Below, one piece after another: positions 23,238 through 32,827 of a stretch of 64,000 nt of DNA. Source of the stretch: Candidatus Latescibacterota bacterium (GTDB lineage Bacteria; Latescibacterota; UBA2968; GCA-2709665); NCBI GenBank assembly GCA_965219455.1, contig OZ244744.1:2848001-2912000 (forward strand), written 5' to 3'. A model generated the notes under the pieces. It was not told the DNA's origin. It did no database searches and worked only from the letters and a program-made list of their open reading frames with translations. Positions within the stretch are counted from its first letter, which is position 1. Each line of letters begins with the position of its first letter. A program made the translations under genes and the position numbers.

Positions 23238-24301
23238 CGGAGAGCAATCGACAATGACGGAGATGGAGGCTGATATAAGTATCGAGGCGAGTCTGGAGGA
23301 GGTAACGCGGGCGGTAGTACAGGATGTCGAAATATGCCTGGAACTGTCCACTAAGCGGTAGGGGTTGCGTCGGCACGATTCTTTGTTTTTCAGGGCTGAT
23401 TGCAACTTTTGGTTATAATCCCCAAGCGAACTCAGGGCCGGGTGAAGTCAGTCGCATCCATTTGCGGCTCACGAATCACCCGGCCCGAACTATAGTACAC
23501 GATGCCGTCGAGGAGATTTAAAGAGGACGTTTTCTCTGGTCATGTGGCACATCCGTATCACTCCCTCCTTGAGGGGTAGTCGCAGAAGCCGAGCCGGTTC
23601 CCTGAGCCTGTCGAAGGGCAGGCGACGGCTGATGCGGTGGGGGGATTTCTAAGCCTTACCGTATGCGAACTGCCTGAAATAACACGAACGCGTTTTGCGT
23701 AGAAGTCTTACTGTAAGATTCTAATCGGATTCACGCGATATACAAAATGAAGAGGATCGCGAAAGGAAACGAGAAACCGGCTGGGCGTGTTGTGGACCTC
23801 TTACGTCTAACGGCTCCCCTCTTACCCTGTGGTCGCTCGGCGCGGGGCCGGACCTACCCCCTAACCCCCTTCCTGAAGGAAGGGGAGAACTGTCATCGCT
23901 TGATGGACGACTGGTATTGCTCCCCCTCTCCCATTGGGAGAGGGGGTTGGGGGGTGTGAGGGTCTCCCCCTTTCCTTTAGGAGAGGGGGCCGGGGGGAGA
24001 GGTCCCGCGACTGCAGGCGACCGCGAATTAATATCGCCAGGCCGTAGTATCGTAAACCGGCGTGGCCCTTTCCCGTCTACCGTCTCCCCTCTACCCGTTT
24101 TTTAGGATGAGTGGCCATGGATTTTAGCCTTCAGGTCCGCATGAATATCTCCGCTGAGGGTTCGGGCGCCGCGCCCGTCCCGTGCGCGCCAGCCGATGCG
24201 GCGGAGCCCTGGCACGCGCAGTAACTGCCGCGGCATCGGGCTTCTAAGTTGATATCCGACCGACCTGGCCCCCGTTATATGGTCCGAAAACACGGCCCTG
24301 C

Positions 24302-24330
24302 TTGACAGGGACAGGCTGCCGGGCTATATT
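24302..24330 (+). promoter_or_regulatory. sigma70 promoter for ssrA copy 2
   Basis: Identical TTGACA-N17-TATATT. Confidence 0.7.
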
Positions 24331-24397
24331 TCTGCGGTTCGGGCGACCAGGCGGCCGGATTACGGCAATCAATTTCGGGAACGGAACACGACTGTGT

Positions 24398-24757
24398 GGG
24401 GGCGACCTGGATTCGACGGGGGTGGAGAGGCGATGGCTGCGTGTCGAGGTCCCATAACCTCGTTAAACTGTGGGAAACCCATATAATTGCGGACAATACG
24501 TACGCAATGGCTGCGTAACTAAAACGCAGCCCGTTCCGACGGGCCTCGCCTGCAGGGCCCGCGCGGGGCGCCGACTAATGCTGGCTGGCTCGCGGACCTC
24601 CGCTTGAGGGTGCGAGAGCGAGATTGTATCGAGCTGGCGCGCTGACAACCCCGTTTACCGGGGCGCCTGCGCGTGAGATTCAATAGGTAAACTACACACG
24701 TAGAGGCTGTCGTTGATTTACTTTCGGACGCGGGTTCGATTCCCGCCGCCTCCACCA
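24398..24757 (+). ncRNA. ssrA: tmRNA copy 2; same tag
   Basis: Intact acceptor stem, T-arm and CCA; 5' half matches copy 1, 3' pseudoknot region diverged; 360 nt. Confidence 0.93.
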
Positions 24758-25201
24758 ATAAAGACCCCATGGATTGCCTGCAAACAATCGTTTGGAAATG
24801 AACCACGCCCCTCATTAATTCGATGAAATCGCGAATTTCCCACGCTGCGCAGTGAAACTCAGTCGGCCAGTACCGGTCACCGTCCAGCCCTCTCCAACGC
24901 CACCACGGGCGACTCATCCCCGAGCCGCGCATTCGGCGGAGAAACGACCGCCGCCCTGTCTATCAACGCCCCCATTTGCCAGTGAAGTTTATATCGCCAG
25001 CACCGGAACGCGGTGCTCAGGCGGCAAAAGGACATAAACTGCCTGCGCTGTTCCGGTTGCCGCGGAACGTATATCGGTTTCCAATAACAGCCGCTCTTTC
25101 GCTTCTATGGCTTCGGAAACGGGAAAGCGAAATCAGCCTGCAGAAATCCGCTTCGACACACCACAAACAATGGTGCGTCTGACATTCTCCGGGAGTCCTC
25201 C

Positions 25202-27652
25202 ATGAGAAACGGAACGATCGAAGTAGCAACGTGCCTGATCCTACTCGCCGGGTGCTTCGGAAGCACGGCTTTCGCTACCGGGTCGGACGATCATCCGGTT
25301 CCCGGGCCACAGGGTTACCTCCTGCCCAACGGCTGGATGCTCACCCCCGCGGGGCGACAGATCGAAGTGGGCGACCTCCCGATGAACTTCGTCCTGGACC
25401 CGGCAGGCCGCTTTGTCTTCACGCTGACGGCCGGGCTCAACAAGCACGGTATTACGGTCGTCGACATGTTCAGCCGCCGCAGCGTCCAGGAAATCGCGTT
25501 GGAAAGAACGTGGTTGGGTCTGGACCTGCATCAGGGGCAAAGCCGCCTGTACGCTTCCGGAGGCAGACGCCGGCTCGTGGAAGTCCTGACCTTCGACCCG
25601 AAGAATGCGGAGAGCCCCCTCGCGCTCGAGGCGTCGATCAAGCTGGACACGACCATTGTCGAAGATGCTTACCTCTCGGGGATCGAGATCGATGAACGGA
25701 AGAACCTGCTCTACGTGGGAAACATCCTGGAGGAGACGCTTATCGAGGTCGACCTGCTCGGCAGGAAGATGGTACGACAGATCGACGTCGGCGGCGTCCC
25801 ATACGAGTGCCTGCTCTCGAAAGACGGGTCCAGCATCTACGTCAGCCTATGGAACAAGAAGAAGGTGGCGGTCGTCGACCGTCTTGCGTGGAAGGTGTCG
25901 AAGACGATCCCGGTGGGAAGCCATCCAAACGACATGGCGATCACCTCGGACGGACGCAGGCTTTTCGTTGCCAACGCCAATTCCAACTCCGTTTCCGCGA
26001 TCGATCTGTCGAAGGGAAAGGTTGTCGAGACGATCGTCACGACGCTCTATCCCAAAGCGCCCGAGGGCAGCACACCGAACGCCCTTGCCCTCTCCCCCGA
26101 CGGCAGGAGCCTGATCGTGGCGAATGCGGACAATAACAACGTTGCCATCGTAGACGTATCGGAACCCGATAAGAGCGAAATCCGTGGCTTCGTCCCGACG
26201 GGTTGGTACCCTGCGGCCGTCGCTTTGACGCTCGACGGGAAGCGGATATTGGTCGGGAACGCGAAGGGAACCGTTTCGTCTGCCAACGTTTACGGGCCCC
26301 AGCCGACCCATTGGGGTCCGGAGACCGAGTACATCGGGAACATCATCCTCGGAGCGGTCTCCATTATCCCGACCCCTGTACCGCAGGAACTCGCGCGCCA
26401 CACCCGCCAGGTCTATCGGAACACGCCGTACAAGGACCGCCTCCTCGAGCAGACGGCGTTGAAGTCGCCGGTGCCCGACGTTATCCCGGACCAGGTGGGC
26501 GTGCCCTCGAGCAAGATCGAATACGTCATCTACATCATCAAAGAGAACCGGACCTATGACCAGATCTTCGGTGACATGCCGGAAGGGAACGGGGACACCT
26601 CCCTCGTCCTGTTCGGGGAGGAGGTTACTCCCAATCACCATGCGCTTGCGCGAGAGTTCAGCCTCCTGGACAACTTTTACGTGGACGCCGAAGTCAGCGC
26701 CGATGGCCATTCCTGGTCGACCGCCGCGTACGCCACGGACCACACCGAGAAATCCTGGCCTCCCTGGTATTCCGGGCGAGGGCGCATGCGTTACAACGAC
26801 CCCGACCTTTACGTTCCCGACGCGGGATTTATCTGGGACCTCTGCGCGGCGGCGGGGATCTCTTTCCGAAGCTACGGGGAGATGATCGTTGAGAAAGACG
26901 GGAAGATCGAGGCTGCGTTCGAGAGCCTCAAGGGGCATGTCCATCCCACGTTCAGGCGTCGACGGAGCACGGAATACACGGACGTCGAGCGGGCGCAGGA
27001 CTGGATGGAGGAGTTCTGGAAATTCGAAAGAGAGGGCACGGTCCCCCGCTTCCAGATGATCTCCCTGCCCGACGACCACACTTCGGGTACGCGCCCCGGA
27101 TGGTACACGCCGTTCGCGCAGATGGCTCGGAACGATCTCGGCATGGCGATGATAATAGACGCGGCCTCCCGGAGCACCCTCTGGCCGAAGATGGCCATCT
27201 TCGTCGTCGAGGACGATGCGCAGAACGGTCCGGATCATGTCGACGCCCATCGATCCGTTGCGATCGTCGTCAGCCCCTACTCCCGTGTGCGAAGGACCGT
27301 GAGCACTTTCTACACGACCTCCAGCGTCCTCCGGACGATGGAGCTGATCCTGGGTCTTCCGCCGATGAGTCAGTACGACGCGGCAGCCACGCCGATGTTC
27401 GACTGCTTCACCGGGGCGTTCGATCCGAGCCCGTACGAGACGAAACCGGCCCGCATCAGTCTGACCACGATGAACAAGGAGGACGCGTACGGCGCCAGGA
27501 TCTCCGAGGAGCTGCCGCTTGAGGAGGTCGACGAGGCGCCGGACGATCTATTCAGCCAGATCATCTGGAAGGCAGTCAAGGGTGCCGACTCGGAGATGCC
27601 GCCGCCTGTGCGCCGCGCGCGTCTGGTCCCTCTCGCCGGACGTTCCGAATAG
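25202..27652 (+). CDS. Secreted bifunctional YncE/YVTN beta-propeller + alkaline-phosphatase-like phosphoesterase
   Basis: Signal peptide; IPVGSHPNDMA / FVANANSNSVSAID repeats; YIIKENRTYDQ, EDDAQNGPDHVDAHR. Confidence 0.9.
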   Translation: MRNGTIEVATCLILLAGCFGSTAFATGSDDHPVPGPQGYLLPNGWMLTPAGRQIEVGDLPMNFVLDPAGRFVFTLTAGLNKHGITVVDMFSRRSVQEIALERTWLGLDLHQGQSRLYASGGRRRLVEVLTFDPKNAESPLALEASIKLDTTIVEDAYLSGIEIDERKNLLYVGNILEETLIEVDLLGRKMVRQIDVGGVPYECLLSKDGSSIYVSLWNKKKVAVVDRLAWKVSKTIPVGSHPNDMAITSDGRRLFVANANSNSVSAIDLSKGKVVETIVTTLYPKAPEGSTPNALALSPDGRSLIVANADNNNVAIVDVSEPDKSEIRGFVPTGWYPAAVALTLDGKRILVGNAKGTVSSANVYGPQPTHWGPETEYIGNIILGAVSIIPTPVPQELARHTRQVYRNTPYKDRLLEQTALKSPVPDVIPDQVGVPSSKIEYVIYIIKENRTYDQIFGDMPEGNGDTSLVLFGEEVTPNHHALAREFSLLDNFYVDAEVSADGHSWSTAAYATDHTEKSWPPWYSGRGRMRYNDPDLYVPDAGFIWDLCAAAGISFRSYGEMIVEKDGKIEAAFESLKGHVHPTFRRRRSTEYTDVERAQDWMEEFWKFEREGTVPRFQMISLPDDHTSGTRPGWYTPFAQMARNDLGMAMIIDAASRSTLWPKMAIFVVEDDAQNGPDHVDAHRSVAIVVSPYSRVRRTVSTFYTTSSVLRTMELILGLPPMSQYDAAATPMFDCFTGAFDPSPYETKPARISLTTMNKEDAYGARISEELPLEEVDEAPDDLFSQIIWKAVKGADSEMPPPVRRARLVPLAGRSE

Positions 27653-27682
27653 CCGACAGCCCCACGTGTGCGCTGGGATCTC

Positions 27683-27757
27683 TTAGGTAAACCACACACG
27701 TAGACGCTGTGGTTGCACTGCTTTCCGACGCGGGTTCGATTCCCGCTGCCTCTGCCA
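27683..27757 (+). repeat. Degenerate tmRNA 3' fragment (att-like duplication)
   Basis: TAGGTAAACCACACACGTAGACGCTGT...GACGCGGGTTCGATTCCCGCTGCCTCTGCCA matches the ssrA 3' end with substitutions. Confidence 0.85.
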
Positions 27758-27824
27758 AAAAATCCCCAGCTTGTATTTTGTCATACCAACGAACTCAGGG
27801 CCGGGTGAAGTCCGTTGCGTCTAT

Positions 27825-28280
27825 GCGGGACCACTCCCCCCGGCCCCCTCAGACAGAGCTATCAGCTATCAGCTTTCAGTTGTCAGCTAAAACCGGTTTG
27901 TGATGTGGCCAGGCGAGATCATTTGCCGATAACAACGCCAATATGTGAGCGACTCTGAGAGTTCTCCCTACAAATGCAACGATGGCGCGGAGACCTCTCC
28001 CCCCGGCCCCCTCAGACAGAGCTATCGGCTTTCAGTTGTCAGCTAAAACCGGTTAGCGATATGGCCGGGCGAGATCATTTGCCGATAACAACGCCAATAT
28101 GTGAGCGACTCTGAAAGTCGCCCCTACAAATGCAACGACGGCGCGGGGACCACTCCCCCCGGCCCCCTCAGACAGAGCTATCGGCTTTCAGTTGTCAGCT
28201 AAAACCGGTTGGCGATATGGCCAGGCGAGATCAATTGCCGATAACAACGCCATTGTGTGGGCGACTCTGAGAGTTCCCCC
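27825..28280. repeat. Composite tandem repeat, ~3 units (periods 163 and 156 bp)
   Basis: CTCAGACAGAGCTATC at 27848, 28011, 28167; each unit holds heptamers, an internal palindrome and a REP; single inverted homolog at 11354-11468. Confidence 0.9.
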
Positions 28281-28561
28281 TTCCTCTCAGGACGGGGAGG
28301 TAGGGGTGGGCCTCGCAGGTGTTGCCAGTGCTGTTTTTCTTCTTCTGTCATCTGATCTCGCATACTCGAAGGAATTATTCTGATGCATTTCAAAGCAGTT
28401 ATTGGACAGGTGTGGTATAATGTAATTCCTTTAATTCGCAAAAACTGAGAAAATTTCGCATTGTAATATATCAAAACCCTCTTGCGGTAACGAACTCTCT
28501 TCAGTATATTGTGTTGACAGAAGTTCGCAAATTACGTGAAAAATAGATATCAGAATATACC

Positions 28562-29374
28562 ATGAACCCCATCGAATCCACGCTCCCCGCACCACGCCGC
28601 CGTCTTGTCGCCGTTCTGAACAAGGCGGGCGACATCGTGCGCATTGATGATGCCGAAACTGCTCTTGATATATCCCGAACGGAAGCCGGGAAGCTCCTTT
28701 GGCGTTGGATGAAGCAGGGCTGGCTGCGCCGGGTCGGTCGTGGCGCGTATCTCCCCGTGCCAATCGAAATGCTGGCGAGCGCCCACGTGCTCGACGATCC
28801 CTGGATACTGGTGCCCGGTCTGTTTAGCCCAGCCTACGTCGGCGGACGCAGCGCCGCGGAGCACTGGGATCTCACGGAGCAGATTTTCAACGATATCGTT
28901 GTCCTGACGGGTCGGCCGGTGCGTCGAAAGTTCCCGCGGCACCACGGCGTGCGGTTCAGTCTCAAGCATATCAGCGAAGACAGAATCTTCGGCACCGGGG
29001 CCATCTGGCGCGGTAACAGCAAGATCCTGGTCTCGGACGTTCATCGCACGATAATCGACATGCTGGATGATCCGGCGCTGGGAGGAGGAATCCAACACGT
29101 TGCCGACTGCCTGTCGGTCTATCTCACATCCGGAAACCGCGACGATAACATGCTTCTAAGCTATGCTTCGCGCCTCGGCAATGGCGCGGTATTCAAGCGC
29201 CTTGGATTTCTTGCAGAACGTCACCCGGATGGCGCCGAGCTGGCCGAGCCTTGCCGGGAACGCATCACCAAAGGTCATGCCAAACTGGATCCGGCCCTTG
29301 AGTCGCCGCGCCTGGTTACAAGATGGAAACTCCGGGTTCCCGGCACCTGGGTCAGGGCGGACACCCGTGATTGA
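28562..29374 (+). CDS. Type IV TA antitoxin, AbiEi family (wHTH + C-terminal domain)
   Basis: GWLRRVGRGAY, YVGGRSAAEHWDLTEQI, RTIIDMLDDP..GGG, AVFKRLGFL. Confidence 0.87.
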   Translation: MNPIESTLPAPRRRLVAVLNKAGDIVRIDDAETALDISRTEAGKLLWRWMKQGWLRRVGRGAYLPVPIEMLASAHVLDDPWILVPGLFSPAYVGGRSAAEHWDLTEQIFNDIVVLTGRPVRRKFPRHHGVRFSLKHISEDRIFGTGAIWRGNSKILVSDVHRTIIDMLDDPALGGGIQHVADCLSVYLTSGNRDDNMLLSYASRLGNGAVFKRLGFLAERHPDGAELAEPCRERITKGHAKLDPALESPRLVTRWKLRVPGTWVRADTRD

Positions 29375-30614
29375 TCGCCGCGAGATAATCGATATCGCAG
29401 GTACGCAATCGTTATTGCCGCAGGTTGTTGAGAAGGACTATGTGCTGGGCTGGATTCTTGCCGGTATCTACCAGCACGAAGCCCTTACGGAAAACTGGAT
29501 ATTCAAGGGCGGCACCTGCCTGAGAAAGTGTTTCTTCGAAACCTACCGTTTCTCGGAAGACCTTGACTTTACGCTGAGGGAGCCGGCGCATCTCGAATCT
29601 CATTTTCTCGCAGACGCCGTTGAATGGATCGCAGATTGGGTATACGAACGGACCGGTATTGAGCTTCCCGCGAATCGTTGGGAATTTGACGTATATGAGA
29701 ATCCGCGAGGGAATCGGTCCTGCCAGGGCAAGATTCCCTATCGTGGGCCGATCGCTCCACGCGGCAGGGTTCTTCCCAACATCAAGCTGGACATGACAGC
29801 CGACGAACATCTGGCGCTGGCTCCGATTCGCGTGCCGATCTATCACCCCTATAGTGATGAGCCGGAAGATGGTATTCACGTAACGGCATACGCCTATGAG
29901 GAAGTCTTCGCTGAGAAAGTCAGGGCGCTTGCCGAACGTACCCGGCCTCGCGACCTTTACGACGTCGTCAATCTATACCGCAACTCCGACGCGCGTCCCT
30001 CACCCGCCGTCCTTCTGGACGTCCTCCGCCAGAAATGCGAATTCAAGGGCATCCCGACCCCCCTATCGCGTGTCGACCTTGAACCCCATCGCCAGGTTCT
30101 CGGCGGCGCGTGGGAGCACATGCTCCGGCACCAACTCCCGGCTCTCCCACCGCTCCAGGACTTCTGGGGCGCCCTGCCTGAATTCTTCGCGTGGCTGAAG
30201 ACCGGCGTTGTCCGTGAGGTCCCGGCGGCCTATCAAATCGCTGCTGGTGAAACCGTGCTGCGCGCGCGGACACTGCGTCTGTCCGTATCAAGGAACGCAC
30301 ACGCGTTCCTTGAAGTCATCCGATTTGCCGCCGCCAACCGCTTGTGCGTCGATCTACTGTACAAGCACGAAACGCGCCGGATCGAACCCTATTCGCTAAG
30401 GTCGAATAAGGATGGCAATATCATCCTGCATGCCTACGACACGAGAAAGCGCTGTCACCGCAGCTACCGGGTTGACCGCATTCAGGGCGCCAGAGCAACA
30501 GGTGAGACATTTGTTCCACGCTACGCGGTGGAGCTCAGCGCCTCAGGGCCCCTTGGCATTCAGCCCGCCGCAACGACAGGTACACAACACTACGCGCCCC
30601 GCCCTCCGGCATGA
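29367..30614 (+). CDS. AbiEii/AbiGii nucleotidyltransferase toxin with C-terminal WYL domain
   Basis: GTG start overlapping antitoxin stop; VEKDY, FKGGTCL, RFSEDLDF, EKVRAL..R.RPRDLYD; C-term RRIEPYSL...LHAYD....RSYRVDRI. Confidence 0.88.
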   Translation: MIDRREIIDIAGTQSLLPQVVEKDYVLGWILAGIYQHEALTENWIFKGGTCLRKCFFETYRFSEDLDFTLREPAHLESHFLADAVEWIADWVYERTGIELPANRWEFDVYENPRGNRSCQGKIPYRGPIAPRGRVLPNIKLDMTADEHLALAPIRVPIYHPYSDEPEDGIHVTAYAYEEVFAEKVRALAERTRPRDLYDVVNLYRNSDARPSPAVLLDVLRQKCEFKGIPTPLSRVDLEPHRQVLGGAWEHMLRHQLPALPPLQDFWGALPEFFAWLKTGVVREVPAAYQIAAGETVLRARTLRLSVSRNAHAFLEVIRFAAANRLCVDLLYKHETRRIEPYSLRSNKDGNIILHAYDTRKRCHRSYRVDRIQGARATGETFVPRYAVELSASGPLGIQPAATTGTQHYAPRPPA

Positions 30615-30787
30615 TCGGCTCATCCTTGTATTCCGTTCCGATTGCGTAACGTCTGGATCGATTTGACAACTGAGGCATCTTGTTTCTTTATTTCAGCAGT
30701 TTTTCCGGAAAGTGTCACCATGCGAATTATGCGGATCTTGTGCAAGGTCGTAATGATTCAGATCCGTATTTGCGATCGCGATCAAGA

Positions 30788-32704
30788 ATGAAGATCGCGC
30801 GAGTGCATCGTATTCTCTATGATGGGAATCGGAAGACAATCGTGAAGCGTAACAGATCAAAATGTGCACAAGTGTTCCTCTTCGTCCTATTCGTCCTATT
30901 CTCGTGCTTGATGTTGACCATTGAACAGGCCGGTGCCGACGAGGTATGGGAAAAAGTAGAGAAAATCCTTGCAGACGATCAGGGGCTGATGGTTCTGGAC
31001 GGGACCGAGAAAGTTTCGCCAAGGTACGAAGCCAAAGACCGTCCAGTCTTCGGAGACTGGCTGGTTCTGCATGCCTTTTCGGAACCGGCATCGTTCAACC
31101 CCTACAGGAAGATGGACTACACGTCTCACAGAATCCTGGAGAGCATGTTCGAGTCACTTCTGTATATGGAGAAGATCCCGCCATACAAGTTCAAGGGAAG
31201 ATTGGCGAGTGCGTATCCGACAGTGTCGCGGGACAAGCTTTCATATACTTTTGACATTCGCGAGGATGTCCACTTTTCGGACGGCAGGCCGTTGACCGCG
31301 GCCGATGTATTGTTCACCTTCAAGGTTATCAAAAATCCGGAGGTCCAGCTGTCCGGATTTACGCGGAGCGGGTTCAAGGACCTTAAAGCAATCCGGCAAG
31401 ACGGGCCGTACAAGATCACGTTTGTTTACGGGGACCCCTATTTCTACAATGCGATCAACATTGGGCGGCAGTGGATCTTGCCGAAGCACTTCTACGATCG
31501 CGACGGATTGATGGACAGCGTATCCATCGAGACGCTCATCGATGGATCGTGGAAAGCGGGTCCACAGGCCGACCGGGTGCGCCTTTTCGCGGAGCGGTTC
31601 AACCGGGACTTCAGCCGGCGCGTGCTGGGTTCCGGCCCCTATGTGCTGGCCGATGCTGAAAACGATGCGACGACAGGGAAGACGGTCTTGGATCGTGACC
31701 CTGACTATTGGGGAAGCGGTAATAAGGGCCTTCCTTATTCAGGGTACGTCGACAAGCTTGTTTTCAAAGTGGTCGTTAATCCGGATGCCGCGTTTATCGA
31801 ACTGATCAACGGAAACCTGGACGTTCTGAACATGTACCCCCTGCCATTTAAAGAGAAAAGCTGGTCACCTGAATTCACGTCACGCTTTCTGAAGGCGATT
31901 CGGTACGCAAGCGGTATCAATTTTATCGCGTGGAACAATACGCATCCGATTTTTCGCGATAAACGGGTCCGCCGGGCCATGACGCATCTGACGCCGCGCA
32001 AGAGCATCATTCGAAATCTGATCCATGGACTTGGCGTTACCATCGACGGACCGGTGCATATGTCCCGTCCGGAATACCACGGAGGCCTGGAACCTCTCGG
32101 ATACAACCACGATCGGGCGTTGGAATTGCTGCAGGCGGCAGGCTGGTTCGATACCGACGGCGACGGCGTTCTGGATCGTGTTGTGGATGGCGTCAAGACC
32201 ACATTTGAGTTTGAATTCCTGGCGCCGGCGGGTTATCAAATCAGCAAGGATATCGGCCTGGTCCTGCAGAACGAACTGGCGGAAGTGGGAATCGTCTGCC
32301 AGGTGCGCGAAATAGATCGTTCCGTTTTCCTGCAGCGGCTGCGAAGGCGTGACTTCACGGCGTTGTACACGGGCGTGGGAAGCCACCCGGCGCTTCCATT
32401 GGATCTCTATTCAAGCTGGCATTCGTCGCAGGTCAAAGAAGGCGCGAATTATTCCTGTTTCGAGAATGAAGAGGCGGACCGGATACTGGAACGGTATCGC
32501 CGTACATTTGACGCGGAACGGCGGATTTCACTCTACCAGAGGCTCCAGGAAATTCTGCACGATGAACAGCCGTATACGTTTATTTTTGTAGGGCGGTCGG
32601 TAACGGCCTACAGCCGGCGGTTTCGAGGGGTGAACTGGTATCCCTCGGGATGGACGGACTTTCTGGAATGGTGGGTCGAGCCGACGGAGAGGCTCTATCC
32701 ATAG
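30788..32704 (+). CDS. ABC transporter substrate-binding protein, family 5 (peptide/nickel)
   Basis: YTFDIREDVHFSDGRPLTAADVLFT, GSGPY, DKRVRRAM, AGWFDTDGDG; start uncertain. Confidence 0.9.
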   Translation: MKIARVHRILYDGNRKTIVKRNRSKCAQVFLFVLFVLFSCLMLTIEQAGADEVWEKVEKILADDQGLMVLDGTEKVSPRYEAKDRPVFGDWLVLHAFSEPASFNPYRKMDYTSHRILESMFESLLYMEKIPPYKFKGRLASAYPTVSRDKLSYTFDIREDVHFSDGRPLTAADVLFTFKVIKNPEVQLSGFTRSGFKDLKAIRQDGPYKITFVYGDPYFYNAINIGRQWILPKHFYDRDGLMDSVSIETLIDGSWKAGPQADRVRLFAERFNRDFSRRVLGSGPYVLADAENDATTGKTVLDRDPDYWGSGNKGLPYSGYVDKLVFKVVVNPDAAFIELINGNLDVLNMYPLPFKEKSWSPEFTSRFLKAIRYASGINFIAWNNTHPIFRDKRVRRAMTHLTPRKSIIRNLIHGLGVTIDGPVHMSRPEYHGGLEPLGYNHDRALELLQAAGWFDTDGDGVLDRVVDGVKTTFEFEFLAPAGYQISKDIGLVLQNELAEVGIVCQVREIDRSVFLQRLRRRDFTALYTGVGSHPALPLDLYSSWHSSQVKEGANYSCFENEEADRILERYRRTFDAERRISLYQRLQEILHDEQPYTFIFVGRSVTAYSRRFRGVNWYPSGWTDFLEWWVEPTERLYP

Positions 32705-32827
32705 GGCTTTTCTTCGGCATCGGATAGATGCGACAGCCCCGCACATCTGTTTGCCGAGGATTGGTTTTTCGATACTTTCATGAATGTAAGAGCGGCTATT
32801 TGACGGGAAGATTTCCTCGGGTGGGTT

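Noticed and set aside
27683-27757. tRNA gene or third functional tmRNA
   Set aside because: Only the T-arm and acceptor 3' strand are present; no 5' half, anticodon arm or tag
27825-28280. CRISPR array
   Set aside because: Whole 156-163 bp units repeat with no unique spacers, and no cas genes are present
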